From contig CAWBZI010000002.1 of the NCBI GenBank assembly GCA_963793265.1, positions 96,001-160,000 of the forward strand: DNA of 64,000 bases, written 5' to 3'. A program made the position numbers and the translations under genes. The notes under the pieces are model-generated. The model was not told the DNA's origin. It saw only the letters and a program-made list of their open reading frames with translations, and did no database searches. Of the stretch, positions 19,787 to 29,856 are shown one piece after another; the stretch's first letter is position 1, and each line of letters begins with the position of its first letter. Origin of the DNA: an uncultured cyanobacterium. Its GTDB lineage: Bacteria; Cyanobacteriota; Cyanobacteriia; Phormidesmidales; Phormidesmidaceae.

Positions 19787-20781
19787 CGCAGCGAAAAATC
19801 AACGACAATCGGGAGGTGATCTGATCCAACGTCATCGCCTGTGTGCATTCCAACGACATCAAGCGAAGGACTTGCCAGGCACTGATCAATCGGAATTTGG
19901 AACAGTTTAGTAAAGACGCCTAGCTTAGGTGTGAAAAAATACGACGTGTTCGCAGGCCAGGTAGGAAAGGTGCCGAGCCCTTTTCGTGTGTTCTTTAGAC
20001 CCGTTTCATCAGCGAGGATTCGGTAAAAAGGCGACCACATGGTCGTGTTGAAGTCACCAATTAATACAACCGGATCGGTTTGCTGCTGTACATAGTCGCT
20101 GACGGCCCTGAACACTCTGTTTCGGCTATCAAGAAACGATCTCTTAAGGGGCGGTAGCGGATGGATAGCAACAATTGATAGCTGCTGATTTTGAGTTTGA
20201 ACGCGCGCGGTTAGATTGACCGCGTTGTTGGTATCGAACTTTCTGATTTCAAAGTCTGTCAGTGGGTTTTTGCTGTAGAGGACAGCGCCGGGCTGATATG
20301 GCGTTAGTTGGTTAGAGTTGTAGGGTAAAAATGCTTTTAAGACTTCTAGCTGTTCTGCCATAGCGTCGTTGACTTCTATGAATATAGCCAGGTCAGGTTG
20401 TTCCTGTTCAGTGAGCTTTATAATCTCGGCAGCGTTGTTGTTGGCAACGTTTAGATTCGTGCTCATCACCCGGTAGTTTGAGACTGTGTTGCTTTGAAAA
20501 GACGGAAAGTACCAGGGAATAATTTGAGCTGAGAGGAGTGCTGTGCAGAAAAGTGTGAGCAGGATGAGAGGCGATCGCTTCAGACAGATAGCGATCGCAC
20601 TTACAAGAAGCATTGCTCCAAAATACTGCATTTGAAAGTGGCACAGAATCTCAAACAGCAGTGGGCCACGAATACGGCTGCTGAGTATTGCTATGGTCGT
20701 GACACCCAGCGCTAGCAAAGCGCATCCGATAGACACAAAGGCAGAGAATCGTTTGAGAGCAGTGCCTTCTTTCATAATCAT
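19783..20781 (-). CDS. Endonuclease/exonuclease/phosphatase family protein with N-terminal TM helices
   Basis: STNLN, FIEV, IHPLPP, IGDFN, IDQ, GSDHLP. Confidence 0.88.
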   Translation of the reverse strand: MIMKEGTALKRFSAFVSIGCALLALGVTTIAILSSRIRGPLLFEILCHFQMQYFGAMLLVSAIAICLKRSPLILLTLFCTALLSAQIIPWYFPSFQSNTVSNYRVMSTNLNVANNNAAEIIKLTEQEQPDLAIFIEVNDAMAEQLEVLKAFLPYNSNQLTPYQPGAVLYSKNPLTDFEIRKFDTNNAVNLTARVQTQNQQLSIVAIHPLPPLKRSFLDSRNRVFRAVSDYVQQQTDPVVLIGDFNTTMWSPFYRILADETGLKNTRKGLGTFPTWPANTSYFFTPKLGVFTKLFQIPIDQCLASPSLDVVGMHTGDDVGSDHLPIVVDFSLR

Positions 20782-20796
20782 GCAGACCTCTACGGG

Positions 20797-21720
20797 TTAG
20801 TGACTTTCCTTACCGTAGGGTATTCCTAGCGCAGCCGGGGGGGTTGATCTACCAGTAAAACCTGCTAGTGCAAAGAGGGCGCTCAGGTAGGGCAGCATGG
20901 CCAATAGCTGATAGGGAATATCCAGGTCAAAGGCTTGAACGCGAAGCTGTATGGCTTCTGTTGCGCCAAATAGTAAGCAGGCTAGAGTGGTGAATACCGG
21001 ATGCCAGCGGCCAAAGATGAGCGCGGCTAGCGCGATGAACCCTTTGCCAGCGCTCATGTTTTCGGTGAAGAAGCCGACGTGGACAAGTGCGAGGTAGGCT
21101 CCTGCAAGGCCGCAAAGCCCGCCGCACACAACAACGCTTAAATAGCGCACTTGGGTGACTGAAACACCGGCTGTATCGGCAGCTTTAGGCGCATTGCCGA
21201 CTGCGCGTAGGGATAGGCCCCACTGGGTATAGAACAGTCCATAGGTACTCACGGCAACCAGTACCAACAACAGATAAAAAAGTGGATCTTGCTGAAAGAG
21301 AACGCCAACAATGGGGAGCGCTTGCAGGCCCGGAATCTTCAGCGGCTCAATGCCGGGTAGGGCGACGGTGCCCGTTTCAAAGAGCAGTCTTGCGCCGTAG
21401 GTGGTGAGTCCGGCGGCGGTGAGATTGATAGCAAGGCCGGAGACGAGCTGATTGACTGATAGGCTAACGCAGAGGTAAGCGTGGAGTAAGCCGACTAGGG
21501 CGCTTGCTATGAAGGCCGCGCCGACAGCTAGCCAGGCTTGATCTGATGCGATCGCTACGCCTGCACTCACAAACGCCCCGGTGAGAATCATTCCTTCGAG
21601 CCCAATGTTTAACACGCCCGAGCGCTCAGAGATTAATCCGCCTAGTGCGGCAAAAGCTAACGGTACCGTCAGCCGGAGGCACGCGGCGAGAAAATCGGAG
21701 AGGAAATTAACAGGTGGCAT
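20797..21720 (-). CDS. Nucleoside/purine ABC transporter permease
   Basis: SERSGVLNIGLEG, GKGFIALAALIFGRWHP. Confidence 0.9.
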   Translation of the reverse strand: MPPVNFLSDFLAACLRLTVPLAFAALGGLISERSGVLNIGLEGMILTGAFVSAGVAIASDQAWLAVGAAFIASALVGLLHAYLCVSLSVNQLVSGLAINLTAAGLTTYGARLLFETGTVALPGIEPLKIPGLQALPIVGVLFQQDPLFYLLLVLVAVSTYGLFYTQWGLSLRAVGNAPKAADTAGVSVTQVRYLSVVVCGGLCGLAGAYLALVHVGFFTENMSAGKGFIALAALIFGRWHPVFTTLACLLFGATEAIQLRVQAFDLDIPYQLLAMLPYLSALFALAGFTGRSTPPAALGIPYGKESH

Positions 21721-21740
21721 AGGCTTTTCTATTCAACGGC

Positions 21741-22799
21741 TTATATTGTGGGATCTACGGACTTTTGAGCACGATTTTCCAAGGTCAGGCTAATTGCAAC
21801 AAACAGTACGATGAGCCCTTGAATGGCATAGATAATGGAGACAGGAACAGCGGCACTGCGCTGCATGACATTCGCGCCGCTGCGCAGGGCTCCGAAGAAG
21901 AAGGCGGTGAGAATAACAACCGCAGGATTGCCACGACTAAGCAGCGCGATCGCCAGCGCATCAAACCCATATCCGGGCGAAAAGTTCTCAAAGAGGCGGC
22001 GCTTTAGACCCAGAACTTCACTGCTGCCCGCTAAGCCCGCAAGTCCGCCGGAAAGAGCCATGACGCTAAGCACTGTACGATTGACGGAAATGCCTGCATA
22101 GCGAGCGGCGATTGAGTTTTGGCCCACCGTATCGATGCGGTAGCCCCAGGCGGTGACGGCAAAGGCGAGCGTGAGGATGAGGGCAATCGTCAGTCCCACA
22201 AAGATACCGGCGTGGGCCTGCGTCTTCGGCAGAATGGTCGGTAGATAGGCAGAGGCCGCCACCAGTTCAGAAAAGGGGCTAGGCGCACCGGCTGCTTTGA
22301 GCGGGCCGTTGACTAAGTAGCTAATCAGGTTTTGCGCGACGTAGTTTAGTAGTAGCGTGGTCAGCACTTCATTCAGGCCACGGGCAACTTTTAGATAGCC
22401 AGCGATCGCACCCCAAGCCGCACCAAAGCCAAAGCCGCCCAACAGCGCCAGCGGCAAATGGATCACCATCGGCAAAGCCGGGAAGGCTAGCCCCACCAGC
22501 AAACTGCCCAGTCCGCCCATATAGATTTGCCCTTCTGCGCCCAGATTAAACTGTCCGGCCCTGAGCGCAACGAGAACGCCTAAGCTAGCAAGCAGCAAAG
22601 GCGTTGTTTTTGTCAGGGTGTCGGCAAAGCCAAAGTAGGTGGTTAGCGACTGACGAAATAGGGCACCGTAGGCGGCAATTGGACTGGCCCCAGCGATCAG
22701 CATTAGCAGGGCACCGACCAGTAGCGCGGCAAGAACGGCAAGAACAGGCGGCAGGGCGCTGCGCAGTGAAGTTTGGAAGTCGCGCTGGGAAACGTTCAC
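21741..22799 (-). CDS. Nucleoside/purine ABC transporter permease
   Basis: FNLGAEGQ, NEVLTTLLLNY, GYGFDALAIALL. Confidence 0.9.
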   Translation of the reverse strand: MNVSQRDFQTSLRSALPPVLAVLAALLVGALLMLIAGASPIAAYGALFRQSLTTYFGFADTLTKTTPLLLASLGVLVALRAGQFNLGAEGQIYMGGLGSLLVGLAFPALPMVIHLPLALLGGFGFGAAWGAIAGYLKVARGLNEVLTTLLLNYVAQNLISYLVNGPLKAAGAPSPFSELVAASAYLPTILPKTQAHAGIFVGLTIALILTLAFAVTAWGYRIDTVGQNSIAARYAGISVNRTVLSVMALSGGLAGLAGSSEVLGLKRRLFENFSPGYGFDALAIALLSRGNPAVVILTAFFFGALRSGANVMQRSAAVPVSIIYAIQGLIVLFVAISLTLENRAQKSVDPTI

Positions 22800-24277
22800 T
22801 CGACTTCCCCTACCGGATGACCTGCCATCAGCAGGCTAATTTGCTCTGGGGTAGCGTCTTTGACACTTGGAACTTCGACGAGCTGCCCGCGGTAGAGGAC
22901 GGTGAGGCGATCGCTCATTGCCATTACTTCTTCTAGCTCGGTGGAAATATACAAGACTGCTGCGCCACGTGATCGCTGTGCCAACAAACTCTGCTGTACC
23001 GCCGCTGTCGCCCCAATATCTAGCCCTCTAGTCGGCTGCATAGCCACGATCAAATCCGGTTCGCCCGCCAGTTCTCGCGCCAAGATTACCTTTTGCTGGT
23101 TGCCACCGGAGAGTTGATCGGCCTGTAAGCGGTGGTCTGTTGCTCGAATGTCAAAGGACTGGATAGCGTGAGTGGCGTTGGTTGCGATCGCGTCTTGCTG
23201 CAACACCCACCGCCGACAGAAAGGCAGCTTAGAAAACGCCTTAAGAATGAGATTACGAGCGATTGAAAAGCTCAGCACTAATCCCTGCTGCTGTCGGTCT
23301 TCAGGAATGTAGGCAATCTGTTTAGAAGATTTGGCAGAGACTATTTCAATAGAACCTTGCTGAATCGGTAACAGGCGCGAAATCGCATCCGCTAATTCTC
23401 TTTGTCCGTTCCCATCTACACCTGCAATTCCCAAAATCTCACCTGCGCGCACCTGCAAAGACAGCCCTTGTACAGCAGCTACCCGACGATTTTTCACCCA
23501 TAAATCTTGAACATCAAGAACAACATCTCCTGCTGTCTGCGGCGACCAGCGAGCGTTAGTCTCTACAGCTTTATCGACCATCAGCCGGGCGAGAGCGGTA
23601 GGATTTGTCTGCTCAGCAGGCAGTGAGGCTACCACTTGGCCACGCCGTAGAACCGTAATGCGATCGCACACAGCCATAATCTCATTCAGCTTATGACTAA
23701 TAAAGACAATCGTATGATTGCGAGCGGCAAGCTGTCGCAAAATCTCTAAAAAGGACTTGATTTCAACTGGCGTTAGCACAGCCGTTGGCTCATCTAAAAT
23801 CAAAATGCGAGCCTGACGATACAGCACCTTCAAGATTTCAACCCGCTGCTGAATACCTACCGGGAGATCTTCTACGCGGGCCATCGGCGGCACAATTAAG
23901 CCGTAGTCTTCACCAAGCTGCGCGATCTCTGCTGCCTTAGCCTTCAAATTCAATCGCAGCCCACCCGCTTGCCCCAAAACGACATTCTCTACAACCGTAA
24001 GCTGCGGCACCAGCATAAAGTGCTGATGAATCATGCCGATGCCACAGCGAATCGCATCCGCAGGCGAATTGATCTGCACCGGCTGTTCATCCAGCCAAAT
24101 TTGTCCTGCATCCGGCTGATACAGCCCTGAGAGAATATTCATCAGCGTCGACTTACCGGCTCCATTCTCTCCTAAAAGCCCGTGAATAGATCCGCTGCCA
24201 ATCTCCAGGCTGATATTGTCATTGGCTGCAAACGTACCGAACCGCTTGGTCATACCTGCCAGGCGCAAATTGCTCAT
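22796..24277 (-). CDS. CUT2-type ABC transporter ATP-binding protein (two ABC domains)
   Basis: GENGAGKST, ILDEPT, LSGGNQQK, QPTRGLD. Confidence 0.92.
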   Translation of the reverse strand: MSNLRLAGMTKRFGTFAANDNISLEIGSGSIHGLLGENGAGKSTLMNILSGLYQPDAGQIWLDEQPVQINSPADAIRCGIGMIHQHFMLVPQLTVVENVVLGQAGGLRLNLKAKAAEIAQLGEDYGLIVPPMARVEDLPVGIQQRVEILKVLYRQARILILDEPTAVLTPVEIKSFLEILRQLAARNHTIVFISHKLNEIMAVCDRITVLRRGQVVASLPAEQTNPTALARLMVDKAVETNARWSPQTAGDVVLDVQDLWVKNRRVAAVQGLSLQVRAGEILGIAGVDGNGQRELADAISRLLPIQQGSIEIVSAKSSKQIAYIPEDRQQQGLVLSFSIARNLILKAFSKLPFCRRWVLQQDAIATNATHAIQSFDIRATDHRLQADQLSGGNQQKVILARELAGEPDLIVAMQPTRGLDIGATAAVQQSLLAQRSRGAAVLYISTELEEVMAMSDRLTVLYRGQLVEVPSVKDATPEQISLLMAGHPVGEVE

Positions 24278-25332
24278 GAAGTAACAACTTTGACCGACGC
24301 CTTACCGTTTTCTTCGGCATCTTCAAACACCAGCTTATTGGCCACCATATCAGCAGCCACCTGATCCACTTTCGCTCGTAAATCTGCCGGTACCGCCTCA
24401 TTAAAAGTGCCAAACCTCACCAGCTCAGGCGTCTCTAGCCCAATCACGTATCTCTTTCCTTCAATCTCATCAGTTGCCGCTAGCGCTGCTACCATCGTTA
24501 TTGCCCCGCCAATATCTTGAATGGCACTGGTCAAAATTGCTTTCGGCGCTAGCTCAAACTGATCGACATTGTTGCCAAACGCATAAATACCGGCTTCTTC
24601 ACAAGCCTGCAACACTGCCGGAGCCGAATTGTCCAAGTTATGAAAAATCACATCAACCCCGCTGGCAATCAGCGCTAGCGCCGACTCCTTAGCCTTGGCA
24701 ATATCGTTAAAATCTCCCACAAAGCTCGACACTACCTCAGCACTTGGATCCATCGCTTTTGCCCCCAAATCCATCGCCGCCCCCTGCTGCTGAGTTGATT
24801 TAAACTCCATCCCGGCTAAGTAAGCCAGCTTCTTTGTCTTACTCATTGCCGCACCCATCATCCCACTGAGATACAGCATTTGGTTGTAGTTTGTACGCAC
24901 GCAGGCATAGTTATCTCCTGCAATGTCTCCATTCACACCCAAGAAAAAGGTTTCTGGAAACTCAGCCGCCACCTGCTCAATGGCCGCATCAAACTGGCCG
25001 CCGTGTCCAACCACTAAACCATATCCCTCTCTCGCAAACCCAGCCAAAGATTCTGTCTGGTCGGCATTATCGACCTGTTCTACATAGGCTACTTCTACGC
25101 CCAGCTCATCGCCCGCTTGCTTTACGCCCTCGTAGCCAAGCTGATTCCAGCCGCCGTCAGTAATCGTGCCCGGTAGCGCGATCGCTAGCCTAGTCTCTAG
25201 CGGCGTTTCACTGGCCGCATCGTCCGCGCCACCCTCTGCTGTTGGCGACGCGCAAGCCTTGAGCAAAACGCTGCTGAGCGCCGTTGCCATACCATAGCCA
25301 AGAAATTGACGACGATTGAAAGGATTCGCCAT
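24274..25332 (-). CDS. BMP/PnrA-family nucleoside-binding lipoprotein
   Basis: Tat/lipobox NRRQFL...LKAC; ITDGGWNQ, GHGGQF, GDFND. Confidence 0.88.
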   Translation of the reverse strand: MANPFNRRQFLGYGMATALSSVLLKACASPTAEGGADDAASETPLETRLAIALPGTITDGGWNQLGYEGVKQAGDELGVEVAYVEQVDNADQTESLAGFAREGYGLVVGHGGQFDAAIEQVAAEFPETFFLGVNGDIAGDNYACVRTNYNQMLYLSGMMGAAMSKTKKLAYLAGMEFKSTQQQGAAMDLGAKAMDPSAEVVSSFVGDFNDIAKAKESALALIASGVDVIFHNLDNSAPAVLQACEEAGIYAFGNNVDQFELAPKAILTSAIQDIGGAITMVAALAATDEIEGKRYVIGLETPELVRFGTFNEAVPADLRAKVDQVAADMVANKLVFEDAEENGKASVKVVTS

Positions 25333-25442
25333 GAGTTACATCCTGAGTCAAACTCTCTAATATTATTTCTAATTTAGAGGGTAAGTGAATTTGGTCACGT
25401 CATTCGGTGATTAAATTTACTAAACCTTTTGCTTTCGCACCT

Positions 25443-25925
25443 ATGTCTGCATCGCCTCAAACCATCCGCCATCTTCAGTACGCCAATCAAATCGCCCTGC
25501 GCGCGCAATCCTTTGGCCATCACCCCTTTGGCGCAATCCTGGTCGCCCCAGATCGTGAAACGGTGCTGCTCACACAGGGCAATGTCGATACGGTTAATCA
25601 CGCCGAATCTGTACTCATTCGGACGGCGGTGACTAACTTTAGCGCTGACTATCTTTGGGACTGTACGCTCTACACAACCGTCGAGCCCTGCGCGATGTGT
25701 GCGGCCACCCAGTACTGGGCCAATATCGGGCGGCTGGTGTATGGCCTTTCTGAATTACAGTTGCTAGCGCTTACGGGCGATCATCCCGAGAATCCTACGC
25801 TGAATCTGCCTTGCCGGGAAGTGTTTAGTCGGGGGCAAAAGGCGATCGCTATTCAAGGGCCCATTCTTGAAGTAGAAGCTGAAATTGCTGCTGTTCATCA
25901 GCGCTTCTGGCAACAAAAACTATAA
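25443..25925 (+). CDS. Zn-dependent nucleoside/nucleobase deaminase (CDA superfamily)
   Basis: HHPFGAIL, NHAE, EPCAMC; divergent from the nucleoside ABC operon. Confidence 0.9.
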   Translation: MSASPQTIRHLQYANQIALRAQSFGHHPFGAILVAPDRETVLLTQGNVDTVNHAESVLIRTAVTNFSADYLWDCTLYTTVEPCAMCAATQYWANIGRLVYGLSELQLLALTGDHPENPTLNLPCREVFSRGQKAIAIQGPILEVEAEIAAVHQRFWQQKL

Positions 25926-26013
25926 GACAACTATAAGACGGCTATCTACACGCAACGCCTTTGCTCGTCCATTATAGAGACACTAGCTTGCAGGTTTTGC
26001 AAGAATGGCAACG

Positions 26014-27237
26014 CTATACGTCCAGCTTTCTGTATTCTCTAGCAATTTGCCACTCTTCTTGAGTGTGAATAACCATCACAGCAACGTTAGAGGATGGGGC
26101 CGATACGTTTTTGTCTTGGCCCTCCTCAATCTCAGCGTTTTTCTCTTTAGAAATATCAACGCCCAAAAAAGCAAGCCCCTCACAGGTGCGATCGCGCAAA
26201 GCCGCCGTATGCGACCCGGCCCCACCCGAAAATACCAGCACATCAAGCCCGCCCAAACTAGCCGTCATCGCCGCAATGCTAGCGCGCAGGCGGTAAATAT
26301 ACATCTCGAGAGCGAGTTTGGCTTGAGCATTGCCAGCAGCAATCGCCCGCATTAATTCTCTCATATCACCTGAAATCTCCGAGATCCCCTTCAAACCAGA
26401 CTGCTTATTCAGCATCTCATCCAACTGCTGATGGCCGTAGCCTTTCTCTCGCATTAAATAGATCAAAATACCTGGATCGACGCTGCCGGACCGCGTGCCC
26501 ATCATCACCCCATCCATAGGCGTAAAGCCCATGGTCGTATCAATGCTATGGCCCGATTTAATCGCGGCTAAAGAACAGCCATTGCCTAGATGACAGGTCA
26601 CCAGGCGCAAATCTTCTAGTGGCTGATCCAACAGCTCGGCAGCGCGATGAGCGCAGTACTGATGGCTAATGCCATGAAAACCGTAGCGGCGAATGCCCTG
26701 ATCTATCCAATCTTGCGGCACGGGATAAAGCGCAGCGACTTCGGGCATTTGGCTATGAAATGCCGTATCGAAAACCGCGTACTGGGGCATGTCATGCCAT
26801 ATCTCTTCTATGAGCTGAATGCCCGCTAGGCTAGCAGGATTGTGGGCAGGTGCAAGTGGGATTAAGTTAGCGATCGCAAGCTTCACCACGTCATCTATCC
26901 GCACACTCTGCCGATAATCTTGGCCTCCATGCACCACCCGATGCCCCACCGCCGCAATCTCTTCTACACCCGAGATGACAGCAGTTTTACCCTCATAGAG
27001 AGTTTTTAGCATTTGAGCAATGTCTTGGGAGCGGTCACGTTCAGGCAAATCAACTTTTACCGTCTGCCCCGCTCCGGTCGCTATTAGCAACGGCGGCGAC
27101 TGCTGCTGGTCAATTTGCGCTTGCCATAGCGGTGCTGGCGGTGCCACCGAATCGGATCGGCCCAGTTCATACAAACCGCTTTTATGCCCGCTCGATCCGG
27201 CGTTGAGCACCAGTATTTTATCGCCCATAGTCTTCAC
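26014..27237 (-). CDS. ackA: Acetate kinase
   Basis: LNAGSS, GHRVVHGG, PLAPAHN, FDTAFH, GFHGISH, CHLGNG, TMGFTP. Confidence 0.95.
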   Translation of the reverse strand: MKTMGDKILVLNAGSSGHKSGLYELGRSDSVAPPAPLWQAQIDQQQSPPLLIATGAGQTVKVDLPERDRSQDIAQMLKTLYEGKTAVISGVEEIAAVGHRVVHGGQDYRQSVRIDDVVKLAIANLIPLAPAHNPASLAGIQLIEEIWHDMPQYAVFDTAFHSQMPEVAALYPVPQDWIDQGIRRYGFHGISHQYCAHRAAELLDQPLEDLRLVTCHLGNGCSLAAIKSGHSIDTTMGFTPMDGVMMGTRSGSVDPGILIYLMREKGYGHQQLDEMLNKQSGLKGISEISGDMRELMRAIAAGNAQAKLALEMYIYRLRASIAAMTASLGGLDVLVFSGGAGSHTAALRDRTCEGLAFLGVDISKEKNAEIEEGQDKNVSAPSSNVAVMVIHTQEEWQIAREYRKLDV

Positions 27238-27255
27238 CTTACCTAATTGCGATCG

Positions 27256-29673
27256 CTAATAAGGCCATACCCAGTTAGTAATCTCCGACTTATCTTCTCC
27301 ATGCAGGTGAGCATAGTTCACATTATCAATAATCGCATTCTCCATTCTCTCTTTTACATAAGCCGCCGCCGAGCCCAATGTCGGCACCCGATTAATCACT
27401 TCAATCACCAGATGAAACCGATCGATTTCATTGTTAATAGCCAGCTCCAAAGGCGTATTGATATTGCCTTTCTCCTTATAGCCGCGAACGTGAATCCGAC
27501 TCTGATTCGAGCGACTATAGACCAGCTTATGAATCAGCCAGGGATAGCCATGGAAGTTGAAGATAACCGGCTGATCGGTCGTAAAAAGAGTATCAAAATC
27601 TTTATCCGAAAGGCCATGCGGATGATCCTTCGGGTGAATGAGCTTGTACAAATCTACAACGTTAATAAAGCGAACGCGCAGGTCGGGAAGTTCCTCTCGC
27701 AAAATGGCCGTAGCGGCCAGCGCTTCCATAGTAGGAATATCACCACAGCAGGCGATCACCACATCTGGCTTATCTGGCGCTTTGCCCTGGTCGTCATTAC
27801 TCGCCCAGTCCCAAATGCCAATGCCCTTTGTGCAGTGCCGCACCGCCTCATCCATCGTCAAAAATTGCAGATGCTTCTGCTTATCAGAGACAATCACGTT
27901 GATGTAGTCCGTGCTTTTCAAGCAGTGATCGACCACTGAGAGCAGGCAGTTCGCATCGGGCGGCAGGTAAATGCGCGTGACATCCGGGCTTTTGTTCGTT
28001 ACCAGATCAATAAAGCCAGGATCTTGATGGCTAAAGCCGTTGTGGTCTTGTCGCCACACCACCGAAGAGAGCAAAATGTTGAGCGAGGCGACAGGCGCAC
28101 GCCAGGGCACTTCTTTTTTGCACACTTCTAGCCACTTGGCATGTTGATTAAACATCGAGTCGATGACGTGGGCAAAGGCTTCGTAGGTATGAAAAAATCC
28201 ATGCCGACCCGTAAGCAAATAGCCCTCTAGCCAGCCTTGCAGCGTGTGCTCGCTCAGCATTTCCATCACCCGGCCCGTTTGCGACAAATAGCCGCCGTCT
28301 TCATCTTCAGGCAAATAGTCGGCCATCCAAGCGCGCTCGGTCACTTCAAAAACTTCTCCTAGCCGATTAGAAAGCGTTTCGTCTGGGCCGAACAGCCGAA
28401 AGTTTGTTGGATTTTTCGCAATCACGTCTTTGAGAAAGCGGCCCATTAGCCGAGTGTTTTCTACCTGAGTTTTACCCGGTGCGTCTATGGGTACCTCGTA
28501 GTCTCTAAAATGGGGCAGCTTTAGCTGTTTGCGCAGTCTTCCACCATTGGCCATCGGGTTAGCGCTCAAGCGGCGATCGCCCTCAGGCGGCAAATCTCTC
28601 AGTTCTTCAATCAGCCGACCGCTCTCGTCAAACAGTTCCTCGGGCCGGTAGCTGCGCAGCCAGTCTTCTAGCAGCCGAATGTGTTCTGGATCATTTTTTA
28701 GACCGGATAGAGGTACCTGGTGCGATCGCCAAAAATCTGACACCTTATGCCCATCTACTGACTCAGGCCCTGTCCAGCCTTTGGGTGATCGCAGCACAAT
28801 CATCGGCCAGCGCGGACGCTCCAATCTGCCATCACCATCTTTACTACGAGCCCGCGCCTGAATAGCGCGAATCTGACTCACGCACTCTTCCATCACCGCC
28901 GCCATCTTTTGATGCATCGGCATGGGGTCATCGCCTTCTACAAAGTAAGGCGTATAGCCATAGCCCTTGAACAAACACTCCAATTCCTCGTGCGAAATGC
29001 GAGAGAGAATCGTGGGGTTAGCAATTTTGTAGCCATTCAGGTGCAAAATCGGCAGCACGGCCCCGTCCTGCGCCGGGTTCAAAAACTTATTAGAATGCCA
29101 GGATGTCGCCAGCGGCCCAGTCTCCGCCTCACCATCACCAATTGCAACTAGCGTAATGAGATCGGGATTATCAAACACCGACCCATACGCATGAGAAAGG
29201 CTGTAGCCCAGCTCGCCGCCCTCATGAATCGATCCAGGCAGTTCCGGCGTGCAGTGGCTACCAATGTGTCCTGGAAAAGAAAAATGCTTGAAAAACTTCC
29301 GCAGTCCTTCTACATCCTGGCTTTTCTCAGGATAAACCTCCGAGTACGTTCCCTCCAGATAAGTAGGCGCTAATATACCCGGTGCCCCGTGCCCCGGCCC
29401 CGCCATAAAAATCGCGTTGAGGTCGTATTTTTTAATCAGCCGACTAAAGTGCACATACATAAAGCTGAGCCCTGGGCTCGTGCCCCAGTGCCCCAGCAGG
29501 CGAGGCTTAATATGCTCTAGGGTCAGCGGCTCGCGCAGCAGCGGATTATCCTTAAGATAAATCATGCCGATAGCCAGATAGTTACAGGCTCGCCAGAAGG
29601 CGTTTATTTTACGCAGCTCTTCTTCAGAAAGCGACGCGTCGGTGACGTTGAGCTGAGGAATAGAGGCAGTCAT
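27256..29673 (-). CDS. xfp: Phosphoketolase (XFP family)
   Basis: [40 protein letters not shown]; start placed at ATG 29673. Confidence 0.95.
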   Translation of the reverse strand: MTASIPQLNVTDASLSEEELRKINAFWRACNYLAIGMIYLKDNPLLREPLTLEHIKPRLLGHWGTSPGLSFMYVHFSRLIKKYDLNAIFMAGPGHGAPGILAPTYLEGTYSEVYPEKSQDVEGLRKFFKHFSFPGHIGSHCTPELPGSIHEGGELGYSLSHAYGSVFDNPDLITLVAIGDGEAETGPLATSWHSNKFLNPAQDGAVLPILHLNGYKIANPTILSRISHEELECLFKGYGYTPYFVEGDDPMPMHQKMAAVMEECVSQIRAIQARARSKDGDGRLERPRWPMIVLRSPKGWTGPESVDGHKVSDFWRSHQVPLSGLKNDPEHIRLLEDWLRSYRPEELFDESGRLIEELRDLPPEGDRRLSANPMANGGRLRKQLKLPHFRDYEVPIDAPGKTQVENTRLMGRFLKDVIAKNPTNFRLFGPDETLSNRLGEVFEVTERAWMADYLPEDEDGGYLSQTGRVMEMLSEHTLQGWLEGYLLTGRHGFFHTYEAFAHVIDSMFNQHAKWLEVCKKEVPWRAPVASLNILLSSVVWRQDHNGFSHQDPGFIDLVTNKSPDVTRIYLPPDANCLLSVVDHCLKSTDYINVIVSDKQKHLQFLTMDEAVRHCTKGIGIWDWASNDDQGKAPDKPDVVIACCGDIPTMEALAATAILREELPDLRVRFINVVDLYKLIHPKDHPHGLSDKDFDTLFTTDQPVIFNFHGYPWLIHKLVYSRSNQSRIHVRGYKEKGNINTPLELAINNEIDRFHLVIEVINRVPTLGSAAAYVKERMENAIIDNVNYAHLHGEDKSEITNWVWPY

Positions 29674-29856
29674 AGTTATCTGTGGCAATTGGTAACAATT
29701 GAAACATGTCAGCAAAAGACGATGAGTAATGTTAGACGCGATCGCCTAAAAATTCAAAACCTATTTGATAGACCGACTTGTCTTGCCTGTGTTCAATACC
29801 CTCGTAGAACTTAACTTAAATTTAGAGAAAAGAGCTTTGCGCTATCAAAGCCTCTA

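Noticed and set aside
27247..27939. 230-aa plus-strand ORF and many other short antisense ORFs in the track (e.g. 5450-5917, 59036-59443, 62216-63367)
   Set aside because: They are shadows of well-supported genes on the opposite strand, with no recognisable motifs.
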